In this document: piece after piece, positions 48,782-62,800 of the stretch
Position numbering within the stretch: position 1 is the first letter of the stretch
Layout of the letters: every line of letters starts with the position of its first letter
Origin: Takakia lepidozioides
Lineage: Eukaryota; Plantae; Bryophyta
Reading direction: 5' to 3'
Assembly: GCA_030704615.1 (NCBI GenBank)
Contig: CM060734.1
Location: 46,314,001 to 46,378,000, forward strand
Length of the DNA: 64,000 bases
Translations under genes and position numbers: made by a program
The notes under the pieces: model-generated
Told to the model about the DNA's origin: nothing
The model's database searches: none
Seen by the model: only the letters and a program-made list of their open reading frames with translations

Positions 48782-51614
48782 ATGGCTTCCTCTGAAGCGG
48801 AGTTCTTCTCTGACGACAAACCAGTGCCGTTCTCCCAGGAAGTCCTTGACAATGGATTTGCAATTGTTCTGGAAGATGTCTTGGCTACCCGTTTTCAGCT
48901 GCAGAATGGCTCCATCTTTTCGGAGAAAGAGGTGTACGATCTTAAAGGGAAGTTGTTGAAATACTCTTTCCAAAACCGTGATGAGACGGCTCGTATCAGC
49001 CAGTGGAGAGTGCGTCCTGGTCGATACAGAGTACTTGGAGAGCCTCGGCGAAAGTCCCTTGGGTCATATGTGACGCCGGGACTGCTGCTTCGGTCGTTGA
49101 AGACAAGAGGGAGGTGGTGGTGAAAAAAGAACAGACGTCCTCCACTCCAATCGTTGAGCTTTCGGATTCTTCCGATGATGACATAAGTGAAATTCCAAAT
49201 CCAGTCCTTCCCACTGTGGTTGGAGAAGCTGATGAAGAAGAGATTTGTAGTGTCATTCCAAAATTGCGGGCGATGGGAGGAATGGCTGGATTCAAAAGTG
49301 AGTTGCGGGGAATTGATTAGGAATCTTTGAAGCAGGTGCCTGTGAAGTTCTTGCCGAAGACTTTTGATGGCGATATCCTATTCGAGCTGCCTCCTCCTCC
49401 GCGAGTTGGAGGTGTAACAATCATGATGCATGGAATGGACAAGAAACACGACGGGCACCCGTGGTGCAGAACAAAAACATCCAATATTCAGAATGATGAC
49501 AAGCTTGTTTTCAGGAGGACAATTTGCAATGGACACCTTAGGTGTGATAATTTGAATTGTAGACACTTTCTTCAGTCTGGGGTTCATAATCAAAGCAAAT
49601 GGGAGGGTCTGGCGGAAAATCCATTTAAGCCTGGGACTGCCCCTCCACCGGCAAACACTTTCGTCTGCAAATTCTGCAAATTTGTGCCATCCTCCTTGGC
49701 GCTCTACGGAGCAAGAATGTACTATGTTGTCCACTGTTTGAAAACAATGACAAGAGCTTGTGTGCATTTCGGATTCCATAACCATCATGTCTCGAAGGGG
49801 GATTATAGGGAGAGTGTTGAGACAGTATCGAGGTTGATTAAACAGGAGTTCGGGAGAAACCCATCCGCAACAACATCTGCAATTGCTCTTGGCGCAAGCA
49901 AGTCCTTCTTGGAAAGCCATATTTTGAGTGAAGGGGATTCTGTGGGGACTAAACTTGACGGTGCAGCATTGGACCTGGTCATGGATCATTTCTCCACTTT
50001 AAGTTCACCGAACATTCGGCATCAGATCAATGCATTGAGAATGGGCTCTGGGATCAGAGGCTACATAGACAATATTTTGGAATTGAAACGAGTGAGCAAA
50101 TACGATTACATCCACGACAATGTATTCCCAGGTCAAGGTGTCATCAAAGTTTTTCTTTTCAAAATGTCGACTGTTGGGGAGGGCAGTGGGGTTAGCCTCG
50201 TGAAGCGGATGCAGAAGACTGGGGACTTGCAGAACTGTTTTCTTATGTTTGATCATGTGAAATGAGTGAAGGATTGGACAACAATGGCTTGTCATGTCTA
50301 CGATCCAGTGTACCAACGAGTTATGACAATTGCAGTTTGTGACATGCAATCCGAGGATACGGAATCCCCAGAAGCTCATGTGGAATTCCCTGATACGTGT
50401 CATGGGCTGCCATGGGCTTTCATGCAGGTTTCATGGCGGATAGTGCTCAAGCAAATTTCAATGCTGTTCGTATTGTCTTCGGATCGGGCGACCTAAAAGT
50501 TCCAATGCGAGGAAGAAAGCGTACATGTCTATTCCATTGGACACAATCTCTGGAAAAACATACAAAGTCGGACATCAAACCAGAGATGCAACTCAGCACC
50601 GTAAATTGTGCAAAGAGTACAAAGATGCTAGAACAATGAAGGAGGCGGACACTTTGTTCCAGACAATTTGTGCCTGGAGCTGCATCACTTGAGAGCATGA
50701 GAGCATTGGAAGATTGGCTGGCGTTTTGGCACTTCCGGTATAGACAGTGGGGAGCAGCCATGTCATTGGTACGAGGCTTATATTTATTGCTTTTTCATAC
50801 ATTTGCTTTCCATTTATTGGTGTCCTCGTTTTCTTTATGTTGTTTTCTGTTCACTGTTTTGAAGTGTGGTTTTGCACTTTGCAGAACATGTCCATTGAGG
50901 AAATGGCGGACATGTCATCTTGCAATTTGGCAGAAACTGTGCACAACGCATGGTTGCAGCAGTCTGGGAAACGAGGTCGGGATTTGTATGTGGCAACAAC
51001 AGATGATTGATACGTGCCTTGCAACAACAAACCGATACCGTGATTTCTTACGAGGTGGGGTTGGTGGCAAGGGTCCGGACAAATGGGAGTTGATGTTGCG
51101 TGCTGCAAACAGATCTGGGGATCCAATCAAATAGCATGGGCGGTGAGCATGTATGCCCAAGGAACGCCACTTGTTCTAGAGTTCCACATCTGAAGGGGAG
51201 GAGAGATTCGGCTCCTGTAAGAGGAAATTGAACACTCCACCTGGTTCGGATTCAGATTCCCACAGGGCAGACCGTGAAATCTCGAAGCCTCGTGTTCCCC
51301 TGCATGACAGCTCCATGTCCGGAACCTCCATTGTGGAGGAACCTCCAATACGATGGCAAGCTCCAGCATCAAAACAGTGCCACTGAAATGGTGCAGGAGA
51401 GAAACAACCCCCTTGATGTGCTTGAGTCCGCATGCCCCGACCATGTTTGGCACATAGAACGCACAAGTGTAGGGTCTCGTGTGAAATGTACAGTGATCAG
51501 GGCAACTAATTTCGAGAAGGCACTTCATCTATATCCAGAGGTGGTGCCCAAACTCCTGTTCCGACTTTCACGGGCTTGATGCGTCCATACGGTCAACCAG
51601 AAAGCCAAGAACCC
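48782..51614 (+). pseudogene. Element 2 MULE transposase with GCM-like domain; stops, frameshifts, cut by Gypsy before the SWIM domain
   Basis: DKKHDGHPWC..CNGHLRCDNLNC..CKFC..RACVHFGFHNHH; FLMFDHVK*; GFMADSAQANFNAVR; RTCLFHW; SCNLAETVHNAW. Confidence 0.9.
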
Positions 51615-52573
51615 TGTTAGAGGACTGTCTGGACTTAGACACTTATACGGGATCTATAGGGTACCCTTAATTTTTGCACAGACTGAGAGCAACAGGAGCC
51701 TTAGGGGGTGACAAACAGAGCACTGTAGAGGGGGGTTACACAGTCCTCACAGTCGTCACCGCCGACACAGCCAGACACAGTAGCACAATCGTCACAGCCG
51801 ACACAGCCATCACAGCCAACACAGCCCGTCACAGCGACACAGCCACAAGCCAATCACAGGCCAAACAGCCGTCACAGCAGACACAGCCACACAGCCAGTC
51901 ACAGCCGACACAGCCACACAGCAGTCACAGCTTGACACAGCTGTCACGACCATAGGGAACGGAGAGCAGGACAGGGAACGACTGTGGGGAACAACACCTG
52001 CAAATGGAACATGTTAGTTCACGGACGACGGTTAGTGAGGGAAACGGTTAGAGACACGGGTAGGAAGATAAAGGGGGAAGCAAGGGAGAAGGATCATTCT
52101 TGGAAGCATTCGGGGGGGGACTTCTTGGTCATGCATGAGAGGGGAGGCGGAGAGAGAACGAAAGATGGAGAGCACGGTGAAGGAGGAAAGATGATTAGTA
52201 GATGCTTGTATGCAAAGCGATTGTAGAGAGATTAGAGACACAATGGCTTCGGCCTGATACCTGATAAATCATAATCTGATACTTTACGATACAATCACAC
52301 TGTGTAGAGAGAGATCTGAGTGAAGCTGTGGAATGAATGGATGAGTTGATGGAATCCGATAGATTGATGAAGCAAACTGATACTTAATTATCAATGGTAA
52401 GGTAGCTAACATGAATGCGGAAAGGGAAACAAATAGGAAACACCCCCATGATACACTAGCTGTAGGTCATGACTGATTGTTCTGCGCGGCTGAGTACTTA
52501 GAGATTTCCAACTCTTCTATCTTGGAGTTTCCGCCTCGGATAGCGAAGGGATGGGTGAGTAAAAGCCGCGACA
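51615..52573 (+). repeat. 5' LTR (~959 bp, TG...CA) with CACAGCC minisatellite
   Basis: TGTTAGAGGACTGTCTGG... repeated at 63670; ends GCGACA before the PBS. Confidence 0.88.
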
Positions 52574-52575
52574 TT

Positions 52576-52594
52576 TGGCGACCATACTGGGGGA
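52576..52594 (+). promoter_or_regulatory. Primer binding site (tRNA-Arg-like)
   Basis: TGGCGACCATACTGGGGGA, 2 nt after the LTR CA. tRNA identity is from recalled similarity only. Confidence 0.7.
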
Positions 52595-52597
52595 GTC

Positions 52598-53460
52598 ATG
52601 AACAACCAGATGTGACAGGCATCTGGTGGGATCATGGTGGTTGGACCATTAAAGAATTTGAAGTGAATCAAATTCCCTGTGGAACGAAGAAGAAAGATTG
52701 TCCAAACAATTCTTTCAAAGGTTCTTGGAATTGCCAGACGGTTGTAAAGAAAATATTCTTAAGCGAGTGCATGATGCTGATCCGGAATGGGGTCTGGAGA
52801 AAGGAGTGATAAAGATTTATCAGGTAGCCTGTAGAGGAAGAGCACGTTGGTTACCAATTTTTATGTGATAGCATTGCTATCCATTAAGCGAGTAGAGTTT
52901 GAAGGCTGGGAAGAAAGAAAGGTGAATGTTTATACTCATATGCATGAAGAGCTTGTACTGGTAAAGAATTGGATTCCAAAGGATTTTGTGGATCAAACTC
53001 ACAAGAACAGCTTTCAGACTTGTTTGCCATATGGTTATATGGTAACGGAGACTTCAAGTATAGCCAAGGGTGCATTGAAGCTTGAAAGAAACCCAGGCAT
53101 ATACGAGAGATATTACAGAAGAGAGTTTTGGTTATTGCCACATTAAAAGAAATGAAAGACATGGGGATGAGTGATGAAAGAGAAGCTAGACGCCAGAGAT
53201 ATTCAGCAAAAAGAGAAAGCTATCTGAAAGCTAATTATCCATATCTTTGGGAGAGAGGAATAGACATAGGGGAATCATCTGGACCTCTCACACCATTAAG
53301 ATCAAAGAGTACATCACCCATACCGGAAGAACTAGAGTTGGATGCCACTCCTTCTGTTTCTTTGCAAGAAAGATTAAGGGAATTGGTACGGAAGAAGATC
53401 AATCACGAGGTGAAAGATCTGAGGTACATCCTGGATAAAAGATTTGACAGAAATCTTTGA
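52598..53460 (+). pseudogene. Extra upstream ORF or long Gag N-terminal extension (fragmented)
   Basis: Overlapping ORF pieces 52477-52809, 52847-53146, 53128-53460 between the PBS and gag. Confidence 0.45.
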
Positions 53461-55560
53461 TAAGAGTTGGCATGGAACACCAAAAGCAGGAACTCCAGTT
53501 CTGAAGCGGAAGGTGAAGAAGAGAGAAGAGGATGTGGCAGAGCCAACGGAGAGTTCAGACTCTCCAACACCATTACAGTTGAGTTACATGAGTGAAGAAG
53601 AAACCCAAGGGCAGAACTTGGAGGATGAAAACAGAGAGAAGAAATTGGAAGAGGAAGAATATGAAGAAGTAGACCCAACAGCTGAGGTTGAGACTACAAC
53701 CAGGACATCCCAACCCGTTGGACCTGGATCAAGTGGAGCACTTGGATCACAGGCCAACGAAGGTGTCGGCTCAGGGGGATCAGGCGGGCTGCCTGGATCT
53801 GGCTCTGGGGGGACAGGGAGTGTGGGAAGTAGTGCAACTGAAGCTGGGAATACTGTGAATATCGTGGGGCCAGAAGCAGGGAGTGCTCAAGGGCCACCAC
53901 TTGGTGGAAGATCCACCACAAAAACAACAGGTCCAGAAGGACCAGCACCAGCAAGGGTGCCAGCACCTGTCAGTGGGCAGAAGGTAGGGCCACAGATGGC
54001 GTTACAACCAACACGGGCAAAACCACCCTTTCCAATATATTCAGGAAAAGGGGATCCCGATGTACACATTAGCCAATTTGAGCACATGTGTATAGTGAAC
54101 AATGAGAATGGCGATGATGCCAAGATGAGATTGTTTCCTTGTTCACTTATCAAGAAAGCAAGTGAATGGTATGCAAGATTCCCTGATAATCATTTCCTAA
54201 CCTGGAATGGCTTGAATACAGCATTTCGAAATAGGTTCAGGACAAGTAAAACTGAGGATGAAGTGTATGGAAGTTTACAACAGTTAAAGCAAAAGAAGCA
54301 TGAAACTGTTGAGGAGTATATGGAAAAGATGGAATTGATGATGAAAAAGCTGGCTGCAGTACCAGCACCCGGTTTACAGAAGACTTGGTTTGTGAGTGGA
54401 CTAAGACCAGAGTTGCAAAAGAAAGTGGATATGTTACCCCATAATACAGTGGAGGAGGCATTTGAAACTGCAAACAGAATTGAGCAATTGGGAATGCTCA
54501 GGAGAGAGAAAAAAAGATGATGAGGACTCTGAGGATGAGTCAGATGAAGAAGAAGAGCAAGAACTAAAAAAGAAGAGTAAGAGAAAGGAAGAAGTTGAAG
54601 AGGGATAACTATGAAAAAAGATTGGAAGAAATCTTGAAGAAGTATGCCACAGAGGCTGCAACACATTGGAGGAAGGGTGTATGGTGTGCAAAAGTGCCAG
54701 AATGAAGGCCATACCACCACAGAATGCCACATGAAGGAGAAAACACTGTACTATCTGTAAAATGGATAACCATTCTACTGAGAATTGTTACTACAACAGA
54801 AGGACAGCTGCAAGAGAACCTAGGCAAGTAAGGGTGCATCAGGTGCAGCCCCAGCCAAGAAGAAACAATGATCAGGACCACTATGGTAGGTCTGGTGGTT
54901 ATAACAATGGCATGGAAGGGAGAGGTAATTCAAGAGGGAATTACCAAGGAAATTCCAGAGGCAACTATCAGGGTAATCCAAGGGGGAATTACCAGCCGGG
55001 AATCAGGATTACAGAAATAATCCAAGAACAGACCAAGGGCGAGGACCCAATGGTGAAGAACTATGTTACTATTGTAATCAGCCAGGACATCGCAAGGCAG
55101 CCTGTTCATTCTGGATAAGACACCAGAATGAGATGAGAGCTCCTGTGAATGAGGGCCCAGTGGTGGCAGCTCACATGGTTAGGCCATGTGTTGTACCAGA
55201 AGTAAGTACAATGATAGTAACAAGAAGTAAAGCCAAACTAATACCTCCAGTAGAGAAGAAGATGATAATGAAGGTGGCAATGATATGCCTGAAGATGAGA
55301 GGCTTGGAAGATGAGAAGGAACTGCACAAGGAAGTGGCAGATACCATAAGGGAAATGCAGAAGAGTACTGATTTCCAGATTCCTCTGATTCTGATGGAGA
55401 AGAAGAAGGGAGTGAGGATGAAAGGAAGAAAGAAGATGCAGACATGCAAAGTAATGAAGAGACTTTGGCTGAAGTAATATGCCAGACCAAAGCAGAGAAT
55501 TACCATTGGACAGCTACTGTGGCACCTTATTGTAGGCACAGGCTGTATCAAGCAATCAAT
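53444..55560 (+). pseudogene. gag: Gag (capsid + three CCHC knuckles), frameshifted
   Basis: FPIYSGKGDPDVHISQFE...RLFPCSLIKKASEWY...LKQKKHETVEEY...WFVSGLRPEL; CAKCQNEGHTTTEC, CTICKMDNHSTENC, CYYCNQPGHRKAAC. Confidence 0.88.
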
Positions 55561-55599
55561 CGAATTGCCCAGGAGACAGGAAAACACAGACCTGAAACA

Positions 55600-58500
55600 G
55601 CAAGGTGACCAGTTATAATGTGAAGCCGAAGGGCGAGAAACAGTCATGGACTTTGATGATTCTATGCCAGTAATCCAATTGAGAATTGGAAGCACAGAAC
55701 TAACTGATGTACTGATAGATGGAGGTTCTGGAGTAAATATCATGACAGACCAATTAAGAAGAAGCTTGGTCTAAGTAACATGAAACCAGCCCCATTTACA
55801 GTAACAATGGCAGAAGTGTACAGCCATTGGGATTAATAAGAGGAGTTAAGATACAGATACAGAAGATGATCTTTATGATCACAGTAACTGTGTTGAAGAT
55901 GGATGAAGTCATGGAGGCTTACTCCTTATTATTGGGACGTCCGTGGCTGAAACAGGCCAGGGTATTCCATGACTGGAATTCTCAGTTACTAACCGTGCAT
56001 AATGGGATACACGAGATACAAATTACCACAAAGAAATCTAGTAGATTACCTGCTACAAGAAGACCTCGAGGAGTCAGAGAGTATGACTGGAAAGGAGGAC
56101 TGGATGAGGAGCAGGAAGCTACCCTATTTGCTGCACACCCAGAGTGGGAGCAGGTTGCAGAGATGCGGCTGGAAAGCCTAAGTTGTTTAAGAGGTATCTG
56201 CTGTGGTGTAGTGACAGCAACACCAACTGAAGAGGAAACCAGCAGTTACCCATCACATTTCTAAGAAGAGAAGAGGAGAAATGGAAATCCTAGAGGAACC
56301 AGCCACTGTGAGCTTACAGGATGAAGTGGTGACTGGTTGGACAATCACAGCTGATGAGCAGGTGAGGGAAGTGAATGTGGGAACTAAAGAGGAACCGAGG
56401 ATGGTGAAAGTAGGAGCTGATTTGGAGCCGGAATTCTTTGAAGAAGCTAAAAGCTTGTTCATCAAATACAGAGATGTATTTGCTTGGAGCTATGAGGATC
56501 TAAAAGGGATACCACCTGAAGTCTGTCAGCATAAGATTGAACTGGAACCAGGGTCAGTACCAATCAAGCAGGCGAGGTACAGAATGAATCCCAACTACGC
56601 ACAGAAGGTTGGAGAAGAGATAAGAAGTTGGCTGAGGCTAAGTTTATATACCCAATAGAGTATACAACTTGGTTGTCCCATTGTTATAGTTCCCAAGAAG
56701 AATGGTAAACTAAGAGATTTGTGAACTACAAGAAGCTGAATGCTTGTACGAAGAAAGATCCTTTCCCTTTGCCATTCACAGAAGCAGTATTAGACACTGT
56801 GGCAGGCCATGAGATGTACTCATTCATGGATGGCTTCAGTGGTTATAATCAAGTGCAAGTGGCAGAAGAAGACCAAGGAAAACAGCTTTCATCACAGACT
56901 GGGGGCTTATGATACAAAGTCATGCCTTTGACTTTGTAATGCACCAGCGACCTTTCAGAGAGTGATAAGTGAATCTTTTCATGAGTATCTGGATGATTTC
57001 ATGCAGGTATTCTTGGATGATTCAGTGTGTACAGCTCTAAGAATGAGCACTTGCATAAATTGGAGTTATGTCTGGCCAGATGCAGGATGAGAGGTCTGGG
57101 CCTGAATCCAGAGAAGTGTACTTTCTGTGTGAACTCAGGGGTGCTTCTGGGACACATTGTGTGTAAGAAGGGACTTCTTGTGGATCCCAGGAAGACAGAG
57201 TCCATTAAAGCCTCTCACCACCAGTGAATGTTAAGAGTCTAAGGAGATTCCTTGGGCAAACCAGTTATTACAGAAGATTTGTCAAAAGGTATGCACAAAT
57301 AGCAGCACCATTGAGCAAGCTTCTGAAGAAAGATGCAGTGTTTGCCTGGACAGCTGAATGTCAACAGGCGTTTGAGGAACTTACACTGTCAGTAACAACT
57401 ACACCTGTGCTGATTAACCCTCACTGGCATGTAGTATTTCATGTTCACTGCGATGCATCAGGAGAAGCGTTGGGAGCGGTGTTAGCCCAGAATGTTACAG
57501 GAAATATAGATTCACCTGTGTACTATGCTAGCAGGTTGATGAACAGTGCTGAAAGGAACTATAGCACAACGGAAAGAGAAGCATTGGCAATGATCTATGC
57601 AGTGAAGAAATTCAGGCATTACCTGTTGGGCAAGAAGTTTTTATGTTATGTGGATCACCAGGCTCTGATATACCTGGTAAACAAACCTCTGATAAGCAGA
57701 ATAGCAAGATGGTTGATAATCTTGCACGAGTTTGAGTTCGAGGTTGTTTACAAGCCTGGGAGACTGCATCTTGTGGCGGATCACTTGTCACGGTTATCAA
57801 CAGGAGAACCAGCCACAGGAATAGATGATCAATTACCAGATGCGAGTCTATTTGCAGTGGAGGTGCAGGAAGTGCAGATGACTGGTTAGATTGGCAGTGG
57901 CCAATCAGATACTACCTTGCTCATGGTCAGTGCCCACCTAGTTATGGTAAGGAGCAGAGGAAGAGAATCGCTATCAAAGCTTTACCTTATACTATGGTAG
58001 GAAGCAGAATGTATAAGCTAGGACCTGATGGAGTACTAAAACGATGCTTGTACCACCATGAAGTAAATAAAGTTTTGGAGGAAGTTCATAAAGGAGTGGC
58101 TGGAGGTCATTTTGGAGAAGAGACTACCAGTAGGAAGATACTACTCGCAGGTTACTGGTGGCCTACTTTGTTCAAAGATGTACACGAGTATTGTCAGAGT
58201 TGTGATGAATGTCAGAGGCTAGGACCTTTGCAGAGATCTGGAAGGATGGCCTTGCATCCTACAATGCCTACGGAACCATTTCAGAAATGGGGACTAGACT
58301 TTGTTGGACCAATTAACCCACCAGCCAAGAATACACGGAACAGGTACATAATTACAGCCACTGATTATACTACGAAGTGGGTGGAAGCTAAAGCTTTGAG
58401 GGACAACACAGCCAAGTCCACAGCAAGGTTCCTGTATGAGAACATACTTACACGATTTGGCTGTCCCTTAGAATTTATCAGTGATCAGGGAAGTCACTTC

Positions 58501-59113
58501 ATGAATGAGACCATTGAGTTGTTGACTAAAGAGTTCATGATTGTGCATAGAAAGAGTACAACATATTACCCACAGGGTAATGGGCAGGCAGAGGCTACCA
58601 ACAAAATACTATGTACTATCTTGGCTAAGATAGTCAATGCAAACAGAACGGATTGGGATACAAAGCTGCTGACAGCTTTGTGGTCATACAGGACTTCATA
58701 TAAAGTCACCACTAAGTATACACCATTCAATTAGTTTATGGTATGGAAGCCTTACTTCCAGTGGAATTCCTGTTACCTACCATGAGAACGGAGTGGGGAA
58801 AGAGAATGGAATTGCAAGATTCCATTAAGGTCAGGAAACATGAATTATACCATGTGGAAGAAGTACGTGTGATGCAGCTGATAATATGACCAGAATTCAG
58901 ATGAAGAGAAAGGAACAGTTTGATGAAGGCAAGTTAAAGACTTTTAAGACGGGGGATTTGGTTCTATGGTTGCAGAAGAAAGGAAAGATTAAAGCTTCTA
59001 AGCTTAAATCACCATGGAAAGGACCTTATGTCATACAAAGATGTATGATAACAACACCGCCATGTTACAAACCATTAACAAAGAAATGGGAAGAGTCAAT
59101 GCCAATAAGTTGA
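55600..59113 (+). pseudogene. pol: Pol: protease, RT, RNase H, integrase; frameshifted
   Basis: VLIDGGSGVNIM; LLLGRPWL; NYKKLNACTKKDPFPLP; MDGFSGYNQ; VFLDD; HCDASG...NYSTTEREALA...YVDHQAL; H-H-CC zinc finger; KWGLDFVGP; SDQGSHF; PQGNGQAE; WKGPY. Confidence 0.95.
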
Positions 59114-59239
59114 AGGGTACAGTGGTATCCATGACAAACCCTTGCAGCATGATTTGCATGTTGAAACGCAAGAGCAGTCACGGGCTGCACCAGTGTTACA
59201 ACGGAGTATGGAGCACTTGTCGCTAGGAGCATATATGAT

Positions 59240-59420
59240 GACACAGCCTATCACAGCCCATTCTATCACAGCCCATCACAGCCTATCACAGCCCATCACA
59301 AACACAGCCTATCACAACCTACACCGCGTGTCACAGCCTATCACAGCTTACCACAGTGCATCACAGCCTATCACAGCGTACCACAGTATGACACAGCCTG
59401 TCACAGCTCAACACAGCCTA
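59240..59420. repeat. Internal CACAGCC minisatellite between pol and the 3' ORF
   Basis: Direct reading. Confidence 0.85.
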
Positions 59421-59878
59421 CTAGGGTTACACGATCCATAGAATCAGTGACAGGTGGACGCACAATAACTTCAGGAAAATGGCTGAAACCAGTTTAAAAA
59501 TAGACACGTGGAAGTCAGGGCGCGACACACAGCTGAGAAGGAAGTGCAAGAACAGGTGTCATCAAGAAAGAGGACAAGAATGGCCGTCAAAATACCTGTC
59601 AAATTGGATGAAAGGCGGGCCCATTAATGAATACGGAAAAAGGGGAACGGAACAAACGGCAAGTACAGAAAAGCGAAATTCTTGTCACATGTGTGATCCT
59701 AGTGGACTATCCAGCAGGGAAAGTCCACTAAAGAAAATGAAATCTAAAATCCAGTCACAGCGGTTACAGCCAATAAAAGCCAGAGAAAGGATCAAGAAAT
59801 TGGAGGGAAATTAAGCGCAAGAGGCGGCGTCGTTCTGAGTAACGGGCGTCTCGACGGGACAGACATCAATGCTATAGC

Positions 59879-62800
59879 TTGGAAACTATGGAGGAACTAA
59901 CAGACTATACGCTCGCAATATTACTTACGCAGTGGCATAGACACGAAAGAACAGAGCGGAGCTTTTCTCTTGAGCGATGCTTGCAAGCCCCAGGCTTACA
60001 AGAAATTACCCATAGCTTTTTGTGGCAACCATACGTTTATGCTTTGTGCACTACAGGCATTTCTGCAGTTGTTACAGCCAAAACATTTCTGTGGTCTAAA
60101 ATGAAGAGAGTGAGAGGAATGGAGGAAATCAGGGTGAAGAGCACCACAATTCTGCAGAAACAAACGATTGCTACCCCACAGGATACAGATACTGAAGGAG
60201 CTGAGATTGCAAGGATTGCAAAGCATAGATTGGACATTGCACCATAGACAGTACATGTTACAATTTTGCAGAACTTTGAGCCAAGGACAGGAAACAACAA
60301 CGGTGAAGGGAGTTGAATTAGTAATTACTCCCCTATACCTCCAGCAATTGTTTCGATTGCCAGCAGGTCAGGTGCATGTGGAGGACACAGGGCAAGACTG
60401 CAAATAGGGGACTTATTCCAAGAAGGGAGTTTCTTTAAAACTCAGGGTTATGCTTGTACCAAGGCCGTGTACCCAGGGCTAAAGGAGGTAGGCCAGGTAT
60501 TGAACGTTCTGTTGCCATGAAACAGAACCAACAGTATTTGAGCAGATCCTTCACGGAGGAAATACTCAAAGCCCTGAAAGGACAAGAGGTAGAATGGGCG
60601 GACATAATGTACAACGCACTGGTAGAGGAGATGAAAAGATTACAAGGTACTACCGCAAAGTCTCCTATCATAGTGTCTGGCCCAATCATTGCTCAAATAA
60701 TTCTTGATTCTGGCATACTTGATGCGCAAGAAAGAAAGGAGATGGGAGTGTTTGAGCCAGCCACCACTGCAATGGAAGAGCAAGGCTCTTCACACAGTGA
60801 GGGTGGACTAGCAGGGCAACCCGAGACTAAGAGGCAGAGACGGGGAAAGACTGTAGTGGCGGATCCACTGGCTTCACGGATTCCGCATGATAATGTTTCC
60901 CAAGCTCATGTGCAGGAAGGGGCACAGCAGCACAGAGAACTGCTATTACTGGAAGCAGGACCTTCAGAGAGGAGGAAGTTACTTCAGTATCACACCATCA
61001 CAGCCAGCTGATCGGCTTGTCACAAGGTTACAAGTTGTCCATGCAGCTCAACCAGAAATAATTGATTTGGAAAAAGAAGGGTTAGATATTCCAACTACAG
61101 AACAGATAGTGGCAAAAAGAAGGGGACCTTCTCTATGACAATATTCTGGTCTGGTCAAGGAGACAGAGATTCAGAGGTGCAAACAATTGCCCAGGGAAAT
61201 CCTGAGGTGCATATAATACACACACCTGTGTCGGAGGTACCACAGGTAGAATGTCAAGACACTGCAGCACCGGTGATGGATGAAGTGGTTCAGGAAGAAA
61301 ATCCGGTGGGACAATGGCCTGAGTGGTTCGTGAGACATCACACGGTTGAGGATCAGCAGGAACAGCAGCAACCTCACCATGATGACCCTCAACAAGCAAT
61401 GCTGATGAGTTCCATAGGCAGGACACTTAATTTGTTGGGGACTTATGTCAAATCCCATGTTCCAACTACCCAATTGACAGCCTTGAGAGAGGAACTCAGG
61501 AAGGAGTTTGAGGCTCGACTACCCACTGAGTGTGCAAACAAGGTCGATGAAGAGGTCACTCTCAAGATGCAGCAGGACTTGGAAAATACAGAAGCGGCTT
61601 TGCAATTGGCAAGGAACAATTGATTGAGGCAGGCCTCGCGCAAGACCAGTTGCACGAAGCACATAAGCAACAGCTATACCAAATGCAGGTGCAGCATGAA
61701 ACCAAGTTGCAAGTGAATGCACTACATACGGAGTTGCAGACAGTGCATGATAGGATGGCGATACAATGTGCTACATTCACAACTATGCTTGACCAATCTA
61801 CAAAAGAAATAAACAGTCAAGCGGAAAAATGTACGAAGGCAGAAGAGAGAATGTTGAGCAAATGAAACTCATTGTCGATATGAAGAATACAATCTGTCGC
61901 AATGAGGATACTTTCAAGCAATACAGGCAGGTTGAAGCTGATCAAGAGAAGTATCCTGGAGTTGCAACAAACGCTCGTGGCCAATAGAAATGAAATCTCG
62001 GTCACTAACAAGGCTTGGAAGGAAGCTAATAATCTACTTGCTGCCTATGCGAATTTGGTTGAACCTCATGCGAAGCGCATGGAGGCTTTACAACAGCAGT
62101 TAGAAGTGTACAAACTCAGAGAGGAGCACACTCTCAGAGGAACCACAAGCAACTTGGTGGATAACAGCCTTATGCAGGTCTGGTTAGCACAAGGGCCAGT
62201 GGAGGGCAAAGCACCACGAAAGCTCACCCAAAGCGAGATGAATGAGCTCAGACTGCAAGTGCAGAACATTGCCACAACTACTATAGACAATGTCTATAGT
62301 AGGATAGCAGAGTTACAGGAGGATGTAGACGGACTGCAGACTCAAGTGGAGGACCTCACTTCAAATATCGACAAAAGAGTCTATATCCCTCAGGAACAAC
62401 TAATGGCTTCTTATTTACAAGCCAGAACTTTGGCTTTTCAGTCTTCACAGGAGGTGCAGGAGATGCCAATGATACAAGAGCCAGTACCACCAACACCACA
62501 ACAAGTCACTGTACCAGTAGCTGAACCTGTTGTTACTACAACCACACCACATCCACCACAGCCTGAGGTATGGGGCAATGCTGCTTTTAACCCACCTAAA
62601 ACTCCAGCTGCAAGGGAGTACAGTAGGGCTATGATTATGCCCTTCAACCAAATTCCCATCATGTTGGATTTGGCTTGGAAAGAATTTAGTCCTCCGCAGT
62701 CATTCGCACATTACTACCAAATCATGCGTATTTGGCTGCCAGTGGCAACTAGGACTAAAGTTCTTCCGAACAATCGACATATTGAGGATCATCACTTTGC

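Larger units (their letters stand above)
41301..51614. mobile_element. Second Mutator-like element (element 2), same architecture as element 1 in opposite orientation; interrupted by Gypsy, other end outside window
   Basis: G-run terminus followed by CGTGAGC/CACGTCAC repeats; shares TATTCCCGCGGA and TGGCACCCT with the element 1 subterminus; homologous ParB-MTase and transposase genes head-to-head. Confidence 0.85.
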